A program made the position numbers and the translations under genes. Below the pieces are notes generated by a model. That model had not been told where the DNA came from and did no database searches. It was given only the letters and a program-made list of their open reading frames with translations. A stretch of 64,000 nt of DNA from Nitrososphaeraceae archaeon. Its GTDB lineage: Archaea; Thermoproteota; Nitrososphaeria; Nitrososphaerales; Nitrososphaeraceae. The stretch is taken from contig DASUQJ010000009.1 of the NCBI GenBank assembly GCA_036280615.1, positions 1,740 to 65,739 on the forward strand. Direction: 5' to 3'. Of the stretch, positions 9,000 through 18,706 are shown piece by piece. Positions within the stretch are counted from its first letter, which is position 1. Each line of letters opens with the position of its first letter.

Positions 9000-9263
9000 T
9001 CACTTCAGTAAACGATCTTCGGGCCTACCTATTATCATAGAACCATTCATTAAACAAATCTCATCCTTAAAAATCAATTCTAATCTATTAATAGATTTTT
9101 TAGGAATAGCATATGTTTTCAAGTCATTGGCAAGTGAAATTGTATTTTTAGTTTCAAAAACGATTTTACCATTAATCTTTCTTTGACTGCTAACCGGTCC
9201 GTACTCTATCTGTGCATTACATCCTATGAATTCATGTTTCAGCACGTAATCCTTAAACGTCAT
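9000..9263 (-). CDS. rnp1: ribonuclease P protein component 1 (Rpp29/Pop4)
   Basis: GKIVFETKNTISL..IPKKSI..GRPEDRL is Rpp29-like; canonical archaeal position between uL29 and uS17. I prefer the ATG at 9263 (ATGA overlap with the uL29 stop) over the track start at 9323, which overlaps uL29 by 64 nt. Confidence 0.8.
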   Translation of the reverse strand: MTFKDYVLKHEFIGCNAQIEYGPVSSQRKINGKIVFETKNTISLANDLKTYAIPKKSINRLELIFKDEICLMNGSMIIGRPEDRLLK

Positions 9264-9466
9264 TTTGCTAGCTCCCGTTCCTTTAAAATTGAAAGTATCC
9301 GAGCAATATCTCTTCTCTTCCATTTCATATTTCCAGTTTCCTTCTTAAGAGTGCCCTTTGAATTCTCAATCCTCAATTTCAACAGATCCGCTCTAATTTC
9401 AGACAATTTTGATTCCAAATCAACGTCATTAAATTCTCTTAACGTTTTTAATTTAATTCTAGCCAT
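9260..9466 (-). CDS. rpl29: 50S ribosomal protein uL29
   Basis: 68 aa; LREFNDVDLESKLSEIRADLLKLR. Confidence 0.9.
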   Translation of the reverse strand: MARIKLKTLREFNDVDLESKLSEIRADLLKLRIENSKGTLKKETGNMKWKRRDIARILSILKERELAK

Positions 9467-10245
9467 TACGGTTCACTTTTATTCACGGCTATTTCCTTAA
9501 CTTCACTATTAATAATATCTTTACTCTCTATCTTTATCTCTGAATCAGATGGATCTTTCTGCTCATTCGTTTGACTTTTGTTTTCACTTTGGCCCTCCTT
9601 TTGACTCTCACCTTCACTCTCGCTTGGAATTTCAGTCTCACCCTTTGGTTGAGATTCAGTGACTAAATCAAAATCACGATGAATTTCTTCTTTTAATGAA
9701 ATCTTCAGTTTTATTCCTACTAGACCCATTTTTGTTAACAAGCTATTTGTGCTACTTCTTACCACTTCTTCAGCAACCTTTCCGCTCTTAGGAATGATTC
9801 CTGCTGTATGTTTTTCGAAATGAGCCCGCTCACCTCTAAGTTTCCCAGAAATTGTAATCTCTACACCCAAGGCCCCAGCACCCATGATTGTGTTTATTGT
9901 CCATAATGAAGCCCTTCTAAATGCTGTACCCCTTTCAATAAGCTGTGCAATTCTATTTGCCATAATGTGCGGATTTAATTCAGGTTTTGTAACCTCGGTG
10001 ACAGAAACCTGTGCATTCTCCAAGTTGAAATTCTGTTCTAATCTAGCTGTCAAATCTCTAATTCCACTCCCTTTTCTTCCAATAACAAGACCGGGTCTAA
10101 TAACAAAAAGTGTTATTTTAGTCCCTATAGGAGTTTTTTGAACTTCCGCTCCTCCATATCCAGCTTCAGTTAAAGAAGAACTCAAATATTCATTGAGTTC
10201 CATGTTCCTGAAATTATTCTTCATTACGTTTTTTATTGCACTCAA
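9466..10245 (-). CDS. rps3: 30S ribosomal protein uS3 (KH domain) with an acidic/Ser-rich C-terminal extension
   Basis: 259 aa; KH-type GRKGSGIRDL, order uL22-uS3-uL29. Confidence 0.93.
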   Translation of the reverse strand: MSAIKNVMKNNFRNMELNEYLSSSLTEAGYGGAEVQKTPIGTKITLFVIRPGLVIGRKGSGIRDLTARLEQNFNLENAQVSVTEVTKPELNPHIMANRIAQLIERGTAFRRASLWTINTIMGAGALGVEITISGKLRGERAHFEKHTAGIIPKSGKVAEEVVRSSTNSLLTKMGLVGIKLKISLKEEIHRDFDLVTESQPKGETEIPSESEGESQKEGQSENKSQTNEQKDPSDSEIKIESKDIINSEVKEIAVNKSEP

Positions 10246-10715
10246 TATACTCTACCCTCTCTCGCCACGATCTCTACATGTGTCAATGTGTCAACTTTAG
10301 GACTTGACCTTCCCATAGCTCTGGGAATAAATCGCTTAAGTTTAGTACCCTTATGAATAACGCAAGACACTATTTCTAACCTATCAAGGTCCATACCCTT
10401 GTATTCTGCATTTGATTCTAAATTATCTAAAAGTCGTAAAAATTCTTCACAAGCTTTCTTTGGAAACCTTCCAGAAAAAAAACCATCACCGATATTTGAT
10501 CTGTGAGCCACTTCATTATGATATCTTCTATAAGGAATTGCAACTTTTTTTTCGATAGCTTGATCTAAAACGTTTCTTGCTCTTTCAATGGACAGACCCT
10601 TTATCGCTAGAGCAATTTCCCTAGCATGTTTGTGTGAAATGTCGGTTTCTCTTAAGGAAGCTCTGACATGTTTGTTCTTATCAAATTGCGTAAAAGAGTA
10701 AGAATATGTTGGCAT
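10242..10715 (-). CDS. rpl22: 50S ribosomal protein uL22
   Basis: 157 aa; position and archaeal uL22-like sequence. Confidence 0.9.
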   Translation of the reverse strand: MPTYSYSFTQFDKNKHVRASLRETDISHKHAREIALAIKGLSIERARNVLDQAIEKKVAIPYRRYHNEVAHRSNIGDGFFSGRFPKKACEEFLRLLDNLESNAEYKGMDLDRLEIVSCVIHKGTKLKRFIPRAMGRSSPKVDTLTHVEIVAREGRVY

Positions 10716-10720
10716 CTAAT

Positions 10721-11128
10721 TCACTTCAATGGCACATATAGACTTGATCTGGAAGCTCCCACCCCAGGAGCACCGTGCTGAACCCTTTTGTTTGTAATAG
10801 CATACTCGCCCAAATAATGTCCAATCATCTCCGGTTTTATAGTAATTGGAGTAAACTCCCTGCCGTTATGAATGTTGATAGTAATGTCCACCATGTCTGG
10901 AAGAATTATCATATCTCTAACATGCGTTCGTATAGCTTCGTTGGAAGTGCCTTCCCTGACGCTTTTAATACGCTCACGTAATTTTCTCTTTTGGTCATCC
11001 ATATATTTTCCAACTCTTTTATCCAATGATCGCCTTTGTCTAGCATTTAACAAAGGAAGAAGAGCTTCTATTGATAAATTCTTTAATTGTTCTACATTAT
11101 AACCTCTAAATTTAAACTCACGAACCAA
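10721..11128 (-). CDS. rps19: 30S ribosomal protein uS19
   Basis: 135 aa; NGREFTPITIKPEMIGHYLGEYAITNKRVQHGAPG. Confidence 0.93.
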   Translation of the reverse strand: MVREFKFRGYNVEQLKNLSIEALLPLLNARQRRSLDKRVGKYMDDQKRKLRERIKSVREGTSNEAIRTHVRDMIILPDMVDITINIHNGREFTPITIKPEMIGHYLGEYAITNKRVQHGAPGVGASRSSLYVPLK

Positions 11129-11181
11129 CTAACATAATCAGCTCCAAAATACTCCTTTTAAATTTAACTAGGTAAATCAAC

Positions 11182-11457
11182 TCAGACCAGACCTAATTTA
11201 GTAGCTAGTTGGCGCGCTTCGTCATCTTTGGTAAATTTAACAATTGCTTTTTTTCCTTGAATTGTCCTGAAGATATTAACTTCTTTGACGTTAGTTTCAT
11301 ACATTGTCTTGATTGCTTCGTTTACGTCTTTTTTACTTGCAGTATCTGCGACAATAAAAGTTAACTTATTTTCCTTTTCTATCAAATTGAAAGTCTTCTC
11401 AGTAATATAAGGCCGTAGGATGATTGAATGAATATTATCTTCTGTTTCATTGCTCAT
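11182..11457 (-). CDS. rpl23: 50S ribosomal protein uL23
   Basis: ILRPYITEKT..ATKLGLV. I prefer the internal ATG at 11457 (1-nt overlap with the uL4 stop) over the track start at 11490. Confidence 0.88.
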   Translation of the reverse strand: MSNETEDNIHSIILRPYITEKTFNLIEKENKLTFIVADTASKKDVNEAIKTMYETNVKEVNIFRTIQGKKAIVKFTKDDEARQLATKLGLV

Positions 11458-12269
11458 TATTCTATCACCATACTCTGCACTATTGACCAAACTGTATTTA
11501 TTTTATTCATAGAATCAATTGCATTTTTTGTATAGATAGTTAACCTAACTGGTTTTGTTCCCGGCACTAGGTCCATGATACTGAGGTTTTCTATTGAGAC
11601 AACATTAACACCAGGCAACGATTTTTTTAATTTAGTTATCGGAGAATCTTTTGATACAACTATAAGACAACTCAAAGCAGAGTGTTTCTTTCTTCCACGT
11701 CGTCTGGATTTTCCCGATGGTATCCTTACTATATTTGTAGATCTTTTAAGATCTTCTTCTAGCCCTAATGAGAGTAATGTTTTTCTTAATTCCGAAGTCT
11801 TTGTTATTTTCTCTAAATCATTTGAAACCACGACTGGAAATTGAGAGATTTTTCCAATATTGTGGCCGCGCTTTTCAATTATATCTTTATTAGACGTTGC
11901 TGCAATTGCTGAACAGAAACCTAGCTGCTTTTCCTTCTTGTTTATTTTTTTGTGATTTTTCTTCCATGAAACTGGCGGATGAGTTAACCTTCCAGCTCTG
12001 ACGCCTGCAACACCCGCAGCCTGACCAGCACGTTGAAATCCTTCACCTCTTGCTCTTGCTATTCTAGCTATTCCCAAGCCAGTATTACGTGATTCTGCAC
12101 TTACCATTTCCCCTGCCGCAGGATACCTTCCCTGTGGCTGGAACTTGTTTGAAAGTACGTTAACGTACACTTTTTTAATAATCTCTGGTCGATAAGGGGT
12201 ATTGAAAACAGATGGTAGTTCTAAGGATTCAATTTCCTTTCCTCGAAGATCCTTAAGAGTAACTTTCAT
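11457..12269 (-). CDS. rpl4: 50S ribosomal protein uL4
   Basis: 270 aa; archaeal uL4 pattern, order uL3-uL4-uL23. Confidence 0.93.
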   Translation of the reverse strand: MKVTLKDLRGKEIESLELPSVFNTPYRPEIIKKVYVNVLSNKFQPQGRYPAAGEMVSAESRNTGLGIARIARARGEGFQRAGQAAGVAGVRAGRLTHPPVSWKKNHKKINKKEKQLGFCSAIAATSNKDIIEKRGHNIGKISQFPVVVSNDLEKITKTSELRKTLLSLGLEEDLKRSTNIVRIPSGKSRRRGRKKHSALSCLIVVSKDSPITKLKKSLPGVNVVSIENLSIMDLVPGTKPVRLTIYTKNAIDSMNKINTVWSIVQSMVIE

Positions 12270-13264
12270 TTCACCAATACCTCCAAAACTTTAGGTTCGA
12301 CTACTTTCTTACTAACAGACCTAACCGGAAAACGCATCTTGACTAATCTTTTAGGAACTCCAGGCACAGAACCTTTCACAATTATGTACTCATTTTTAAC
12401 CATACCATAGTGTTCAAATCCGCCCTTTGGATTGATCTTGATATCACTATCTTTTTCAGAATTTGAAATAATCAAAATTCTCTTGTTATATTCAGTCCTT
12501 TGATGAAATCCTCTCTGGCCTTGTCTCGGGACAGTATAAGTAACAACTGCAGGAGAAATTGGCCCCAACGTTCCAAGAGCTCTAACACTTTTTCTTGATT
12601 TATGCTGTTTTCGTTTTACTCCGAATCTAGTAATAGGACCTTCAACCCCCTTTCCTCTCGTTATCCCGGAAATGTCAATAAACTGTCCTGTTTCAAAGAC
12701 ATCCTGTATATTTACCTGTTTTCCAAAATTGTTAACAACATAATCAATTTTTGATCTTGTATCTTTCCCTCCTATGGCTATCTCCCACACGAAGGGTTTC
12801 TTTTGAGATAGAGAAGCACTAGTGGGATAAGATGACACAATTGCAACTACATGTTTAATTCTATCAACATGAGCATTAATTTCTTCTAATTTACCTTCCT
12901 TGAAATTAAACGATGCCTTTTTTGAGAGATACTTGTCACTATCTTTTGCAAAAGCGTCAAAAATTACTCTTTTTCCATATGTTGTTTCAGCGTATGCTCT
13001 TATTCCAATTATTTTCAAGGGAGGAGTAGAAATTAGAGTAGAGGAATTCATGATATTTTTGCCATAGTTTGGAGTTTTTTCCCTATCGTCGACAGATAGT
13101 ACATTTAAATTTGTAACTTTATATCCAGCAAAACCTAATAATGATGACTTCTCCAAATTAGGATCCGCCCACGTTCTAATCCTAGATTCGAGACTTCGTG
13201 CACGGCCCCTCGGGTAGAATGCCATACTTCCACGTCTAGGTGCACTATATTTTCGGTGACCCAT
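12266..13264 (-). CDS. rpl3: 50S ribosomal protein uL3
   Basis: 332 aa; MGHRKYSAPRRGS N-terminus, first gene of the cluster. Confidence 0.93.
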   Translation of the reverse strand: MGHRKYSAPRRGSMAFYPRGRARSLESRIRTWADPNLEKSSLLGFAGYKVTNLNVLSVDDREKTPNYGKNIMNSSTLISTPPLKIIGIRAYAETTYGKRVIFDAFAKDSDKYLSKKASFNFKEGKLEEINAHVDRIKHVVAIVSSYPTSASLSQKKPFVWEIAIGGKDTRSKIDYVVNNFGKQVNIQDVFETGQFIDISGITRGKGVEGPITRFGVKRKQHKSRKSVRALGTLGPISPAVVTYTVPRQGQRGFHQRTEYNKRILIISNSEKDSDIKINPKGGFEHYGMVKNEYIIVKGSVPGVPKRLVKMRFPVRSVSKKVVEPKVLEVLVK

Positions 13265-13287
13265 GATTAATCCGTTTTTTGCGATCC

Positions 13288-13305
13288 CTTTAATAAATTA
13301 ATAAC
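13288..13305 (-). promoter_or_regulatory. candidate TATA-box region of the uL3...uL6 ribosomal-protein operon
   Basis: Minus-strand TTATTAATTTATTAAAG lies about 25-40 nt upstream of the rpl3 ATG (13264), inside the 107-nt spacer. AT-rich genome, so specificity is low. Confidence 0.3.
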
Positions 13306-13371
13306 TTTAACACAGTAAGCAAATTATGATACATCCCTTCACGATTTCAATATTGATGATATGAGGTCGAA

Positions 13372-14199
13372 TCAAGCGTGTAAGTAATTATTGATTATCG
13401 ATAGCGTACCCAAAATGGCCTCTTCAAACCTTACCGTTTGAGTACCTTGCATAGGAAACATGTTCATGAAATTGTTATTGGACGAAATTTTCTTATTTTC
13501 ACATTCTAGTATTTTTCTCAATCCAAATTTGGGACCACCGAAGACAACAAGAAGGGACTTTGACGCCTTTATTCTGCTCATAAGATCACTTACATGTCTT
13601 GTAAATTGCGAACCCTCCACCGAAGTCATCAAGACCTCGCTTTCAGTACTCTCTAGCAATGCTGATAAAGAATCTGCAAACTGGACGTCATACCCCCAAT
13701 AGCCATCGACATTCTCTTTTGAAATGTCTTCTGCTAGCAACTGCGCATTGTTAGTAATCTTTACGAGAACTTTTTTTCCTAATTGGTTTCCCTTATACTT
13801 TATCAACTTTTCAAGTCCGACATCCACATATAACGAATCGTTTTGCTTCACGACAAACCCATATCGTATTTCCTGATTCCTGATTTTTTTTATGTCTATC
13901 AATGCTTTGTGATGAGGGGATTTTATGGGTGGTAAAATTCCTGCATGTTTCAAAATCCACATTTTGGGATAAATTTTTTTTCTAAGATATGGCGGGGTGT
14001 CAAGGTATTCAAGTATTGTTTTAAGTATTTTTTTATCCATCTTTTCTGCTTTTACGCTGCTATCGTGGTAAATGATGATTTTATTAACACAAAATATCGA
14101 ACAGGAGCGAGAAATTTGAGAGATCTTGTAACTTTTGTCTAAAATTGTTTGAGACTCTATAAGACACGAGTCAGGAATTGCAATCCACAGATTGGTCAA
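13372..14199 (-). CDS. SPOUT-superfamily putative RNA methyltransferase (DUF171/COG2106-like)
   Basis: 275 aa; IAIPDS..., SRSCSIFCVNKIIIY; this family commonly precedes rpl3 in archaea. Confidence 0.65.
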   Translation of the reverse strand: MTNLWIAIPDSCLIESQTILDKSYKISQISRSCSIFCVNKIIIYHDSSVKAEKMDKKILKTILEYLDTPPYLRKKIYPKMWILKHAGILPPIKSPHHKALIDIKKIRNQEIRYGFVVKQNDSLYVDVGLEKLIKYKGNQLGKKVLVKITNNAQLLAEDISKENVDGYWGYDVQFADSLSALLESTESEVLMTSVEGSQFTRHVSDLMSRIKASKSLLVVFGGPKFGLRKILECENKKISSNNNFMNMFPMQGTQTVRFEEAILGTLSIINNYLHA

Positions 14200-14215
14200 G
14201 TAAATTGTAGAGCAT

Positions 14216-14887
14216 TCATTCTGATAATAATTTTTCTACAGTTGTTGCCATTAGACCTGTGGATCCAAATGTCGTTTCACGAAGAATCCCTTTCTTATCA
14301 ATGAACATTGTTGAAGGAGTGCCTCTCAGGGAGTATTCTTCAAAAGTCAGGGGACTGTAAGGCTTTGTTTCTAAATATGATTTAACCCGTGAAATAATTT
14401 GCTCTTTATCTTTTTGGTGGTATAAATCAAAATCAGGAACGTTTGCATTGACAAATTCCATAATTCTCTTTTCTTCAATAGGAAGTTTTTCTTTTACAAG
14501 CATATCCATCCCAACTGGGAAAGGAATGCTGTATGATAACTTTCCTTCATTTAGTAACTTATTCTGGTATGTAAGAGTAGTAAGGGTTTCCCCAATGACC
14601 TTATTTTCTTTTAGAAGCAATTTCAAATTTTCAAGTGTGTTCTTATCAAAGTCTTCAAATGCTGTGGCAAGTCCCAACACGACCACGTCATTGTTCTTGT
14701 ATTTCTGAAACGTATCAATGGCTTCGGGTATTCCGTAAATAAAACACCCAGGACAATTTACTTGAAAAACTTCTACTACGATCACTTTACCTTGATAATC
14801 TTTCAGAGTAATAGGACCGCCCTGTACCCACTCGCTAACTTTCAGTTCAGGTGCAGGTAAACCAGCTTTAACTGACACAAACTTCAC
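14216..14887 (-). CDS. thioredoxin-fold protein (redoxin/TlpA-like thiol-disulfide oxidoreductase)
   Basis: 223 aa; CPGC active-site motif in VNCPGCF context. Confidence 0.65.
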   Translation of the reverse strand: MKFVSVKAGLPAPELKVSEWVQGGPITLKDYQGKVIVVEVFQVNCPGCFIYGIPEAIDTFQKYKNNDVVVLGLATAFEDFDKNTLENLKLLLKENKVIGETLTTLTYQNKLLNEGKLSYSIPFPVGMDMLVKEKLPIEEKRIMEFVNANVPDFDLYHQKDKEQIISRVKSYLETKPYSPLTFEEYSLRGTPSTMFIDKKGILRETTFGSTGLMATTVEKLLSE

Positions 14888-14945
14888 AGTATTTCTTGAA
14901 TATTTAAACCAATATTACATGAATTTAGAATTAAAAAAATAAAAA

Positions 14946-15686
14946 TTATTGAGGCGGCCTTTTACTGGCATTCTCTTTTGACTTTGAAGCATAGCTGTCA
15001 ATATCATTATTTTCAACTCGCTTCATTCTCTTTGCTTTGTTATCTATTTGAGCCATTTTTATGTGTCTTGTTCCCGTTTTTTCTTCGCTAACTAAGTAAA
15101 TTGACTCTAATGCTAGGCTACTTGCTTCTTCCATGTTTATGTCTGTGTGATAGTTTTTTTCCAAGAATTCATTTACTTGGTCACTGCCATTGCCAATAGC
15201 AACTGCATCATATCCAATGTACGTTCCACTCGGATCAGTTTGATAAAGCGAAGCACCATTCTTGTCAACTCCTGCGAGGATTAATGCAACTCCATAAGGC
15301 CTGACCCCAGCGTACTGGGTAAATTGTTGTGCCATATCTGCAAGATTTTTCGCAACTCCTTCAACATCCACCGGTTCATCGTATATCAGTCTATTGCTTT
15401 GAGCAAAAAATCTTGCGTGGTCAACCTGAGTTCTCGCATCAGGAATGTATCCTGCTGCCGCTACCCCTATATGATCGTCTATTTGAAATATTTTTTGAGT
15501 AACATCAGAAACTTGTAATTTTCTAGCTTTCTCTTCCACTGCTAATACCACACCGTCCTTACTTTTGATTCCGACGGCTAGGGTTCCTCTTCTTACGGTT
15601 TCTATAGCGTACTCTACTTGGTATAATCTACCGTCAGGAGAGAATACCGTTATTGCTCTATCATAACCAGCTGCTGCAGGTAACAA
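14946..15686 (-). CDS. psmA: proteasome subunit alpha
   Basis: 246 aa; YDRAITVFSPDGRLYQVEYA signature; TTG start. Confidence 0.93.
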   Translation of the reverse strand: MLPAAAGYDRAITVFSPDGRLYQVEYAIETVRRGTLAVGIKSKDGVVLAVEEKARKLQVSDVTQKIFQIDDHIGVAAAGYIPDARTQVDHARFFAQSNRLIYDEPVDVEGVAKNLADMAQQFTQYAGVRPYGVALILAGVDKNGASLYQTDPSGTYIGYDAVAIGNGSDQVNEFLEKNYHTDINMEEASSLALESIYLVSEEKTGTRHIKMAQIDNKAKRMKRVENNDIDSYASKSKENASKRPPQ

Positions 15687-15764
15687 ATCAGCTCTAACTT
15701 GTTTGCATTCTTTAATTTAAATTTACCTTAGTATCATGCTTTAAATTGTCAATTGATTTTTTGA

Positions 15765-16196
15765 ATGACAGACCTAACTTTGGAAGAAGAAATAACATTT
15801 CATGGTCACAAGAATGTACTTTCTCTTCATGCGAGGACAATTGAAATTACCAAGGATTCCAATTTGACTAAAAACGGCGATTGTATTGTTGGCGTTTCAG
15901 CTAATAAATCATGTAATGATTTGAATACTGCATTAAAAGCAAGATTGAGAACAAACGGCACAATTGTAAAAATAACAATTGTCGTAGAGCCATATGAATT
16001 TGAGTTGTCTGGGTATGGCAACAAGGGATTAGATGTTACACATGAACATGACATCGTATTGAGAAAATCAAATTACGTCGACTCTAGAACATTAGTTGTT
16101 TCATGTGATAAATCTGCACTTGATATTCCAAGAAATATGGTAAGTTCGCTAACGAATTCCCAAGTAAAAGGAATAATGAGGATAGTAGTGGAATGA
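15765..16196 (+). CDS. conserved archaeal hypothetical protein (resembles the DUF371 family)
   Basis: 143 aa; ITFHGHKNV..HARTIEITKD..GDCIVGV pattern. Confidence 0.6.
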   Translation: MTDLTLEEEITFHGHKNVLSLHARTIEITKDSNLTKNGDCIVGVSANKSCNDLNTALKARLRTNGTIVKITIVVEPYEFELSGYGNKGLDVTHEHDIVLRKSNYVDSRTLVVSCDKSALDIPRNMVSSLTNSQVKGIMRIVVE

Positions 16197-16259
16197 CTAA
16201 AAATTAATACACTCATCGATGAATAATCTGAAAGACAGTGTGTAAATTCATATCTAAAA

Positions 16260-17087
16260 TCACGTCTTTGATATTTTTTCATAAACGTACGAGTACCTTT
16301 TTAACAGTTCATCTACCACGTTAGAAGGAAGTTTGGGAGGAGTGGGCTTCTTCCCATGCTTAGATGCTAGTTTTATTTTTTCTCTGAATCCGACTTTAGT
16401 TAACCAATCTCTAAGAAATTGCTTATCATAGCTCACTTGTTCTTCACCGACTTTGTACGACTCTCTAGTCCACATTCTAAATTCATCAGGACCCAGGGAA
16501 TCAGCTAAAATAATTTCATTCGAAAGAGGGTCTTTCCCAAACTCAAATTTTACATCTGCCATTATGAATCCCGCATTATTTGATACATCAAACATCTGAG
16601 TGTAAAGCCTTATTGAAGTATTTTTCAAATAACTTAATTCATCTTTAGTCAGGATTTCTTGTTCCAATATTTGATCCTCCGAGATAGGCACATCGTGGAT
16701 TTTTGACTTTGTTGTAGGATCAAAAATTGGTCTCTCTAGTCTTGACGCAAGTTTCAAATTTGGTCCAAGACCCAAAATGTTCCCTGCAATAGTATACCTT
16801 TCAAACAGACTTCCATACAAGTACCCTCTGACAACACATTCGAGAGGAATCATTGTAAGTTTCTTCACAACCATTTTATCTTTAGCATCTAACCTTACCA
16901 TGTGATTTTTAGAATCTAAATATCTAAACCAGAATTCTGCAAACTTGCATAGAATTTCCCCCTTTCCTTTTATGTCGGTGATCATCGGTACATCATAAGC
17001 TGAAACTCTATCTGTAAAATGAAATAATAGATTCTTCTCGTCTAATTCATATACATCTTTTACCTTACCACTGTGAATAAACTTCAT
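16260..17087 (-). CDS. purC: phosphoribosylaminoimidazole-succinocarboxamide (SAICAR) synthase
   Basis: 275 aa; GKVKDVYE, ADVKFEFG motifs. Confidence 0.9.
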   Translation of the reverse strand: MKFIHSGKVKDVYELDEKNLLFHFTDRVSAYDVPMITDIKGKGEILCKFAEFWFRYLDSKNHMVRLDAKDKMVVKKLTMIPLECVVRGYLYGSLFERYTIAGNILGLGPNLKLASRLERPIFDPTTKSKIHDVPISEDQILEQEILTKDELSYLKNTSIRLYTQMFDVSNNAGFIMADVKFEFGKDPLSNEIILADSLGPDEFRMWTRESYKVGEEQVSYDKQFLRDWLTKVGFREKIKLASKHGKKPTPPKLPSNVVDELLKRYSYVYEKISKT

Positions 17088-17127
17088 TATTCATCATTTA
17101 AATAAGATATATTTATCATATAGTTTT

Positions 17128-18582
17128 TTATTCTCCAAATCCATATTCATTCCATTTTTTTGTTACTAATTTAACCGTACTTTCATCTGGAACTGCTTCC
17201 TCTGGTACAGGTCTCTCATAGCCTTCTTCTTTTGTTTTTTTAGTTGCATCAATTCCCATCTTTGAACCTAGATTTAATAATGGAGATGCAGGGTCTAGTG
17301 TATCAGTAGGTGCATCTTCTATTAACATCGTATCTCTCTTTGGGTCTGATCGAGTTGTCACGGCCCAAATAACATCATTCATGTCATGTACATTGACATC
17401 TTGATCCACTACAATCAATATCTTTGTGAGGGACAATTGTCCCATTCCCCAAAGACCCATCATCACTTTTTTGGCCTGCCCAGGATATCTCTTCTTTATG
17501 GATACTATTGCTAGACCTTGAAACCAACCTGCAGGAGGCATTGAAAAATCAATTACTTCAGGTTGAAAGAGCTTTACTAAAGGGAGGAATGCTCTTTCAA
17601 TGACCTTACCTATATACGCATCCTCAAGAATAGGTTTTCCCACAACTGTCGTAAGATAAATAGGATTTTTTCTCATCATTATACCAGTAAGGGTAAACGT
17701 TGGATAGGTTTCAGGCGGTGTATAGTATCCGGTATGATCTCCAAACGGACCCTCTATGTTAAGCTCAGAAGGATCAACATAACCTTCTAAAACAATTTCT
17801 GCTGACGCAGGAACTTCAACATCGACAGTTTTACATTTTACAAGGTCCACTCCTTTTTTACGAGTTAGCCCTGCAAATAGAAATTTATCCAATCCTTCTG
17901 GAACAGGTGCGACAGCACTAAAGACAGTTGCAGGATCAGCTCCAATAACTATTGCAACTTCTGTTTTTTGCATATTGTCTTTATTTATTTGATAATGGAG
18001 AGCACCCCTCTTGTGAATTTGCCAATGCATTATGGCCTTTTTGGGACTAATCACCTGTAACCTGTACACACCCATATTTCGAACATCTGTTTCAGGATTT
18101 TTCGTAACTGTAATTCCAAAGGTGATAAACCTACCAGAATCATTAGGAAATGATTTGAGTACCGGTAAGCTAACTAAAGTCGGATTGGAAGTTTCAATAA
18201 TTTCTGTTACAGGTCCTGAATTTGTGCTTTTTGGACCATAATCAGAAATCTCTGAAAGTTTGGGAAGCATTTTAAATTTATTTATTAACCCATGAGGCAT
18301 TTTTAATCTTGTTAATGCAGCCATACGTTCTCCGATATCTTCAAAATTCTCCATGTCTAGAGCCATCTTCAGTCTTCTCAAGGATCCAAATGCGTTACCA
18401 AGTACTGGAATTTTATATCCTTCTACATTCTCAAACAATACTGCCGGACCATCATTTTCATACATTACTCTGCGGAGAATTTCTGCAATTTCTAAATCTA
18501 CTGAAACTTGAGTTCTTATTCTTTTCAGCTGACCTGCTTTTTCCAGAGATACTACATAATCTCCTAGGTTCTCGAAATACAC
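17128..18582 (-). CDS. UbiD-family (prenyl-FMN-dependent) decarboxylase
   Basis: 484 aa; UbiD-like over the full length (GPFGDHTGYY, MGIDAT). Confidence 0.88.
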   Translation of the reverse strand: MYFENLGDYVVSLEKAGQLKRIRTQVSVDLEIAEILRRVMYENDGPAVLFENVEGYKIPVLGNAFGSLRRLKMALDMENFEDIGERMAALTRLKMPHGLINKFKMLPKLSEISDYGPKSTNSGPVTEIIETSNPTLVSLPVLKSFPNDSGRFITFGITVTKNPETDVRNMGVYRLQVISPKKAIMHWQIHKRGALHYQINKDNMQKTEVAIVIGADPATVFSAVAPVPEGLDKFLFAGLTRKKGVDLVKCKTVDVEVPASAEIVLEGYVDPSELNIEGPFGDHTGYYTPPETYPTFTLTGIMMRKNPIYLTTVVGKPILEDAYIGKVIERAFLPLVKLFQPEVIDFSMPPAGWFQGLAIVSIKKRYPGQAKKVMMGLWGMGQLSLTKILIVVDQDVNVHDMNDVIWAVTTRSDPKRDTMLIEDAPTDTLDPASPLLNLGSKMGIDATKKTKEEGYERPVPEEAVPDESTVKLVTKKWNEYGFGE

Positions 18583-18706
18583 ATTGATACTTTTTCTATA
18601 TGAGATATTAGTTTTGTTGATCTAAAGTTTGTAAAATAAGGTTGATTTGTTCCTATTGTTCCATTAACTTTACTTTTTTTAAATAAAGAATTCAATAGCT
18701 TGGAAA

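Noticed and set aside
9264-9323. N-terminal 20-aa extension of the Rpp29 ORF given in the track
   Set aside because: It overlaps the uL29 coding sequence by 64 nt. The internal ATG at 9263 forms an ATGA start/stop junction with uL29 and leaves the conserved Rpp29 core intact.
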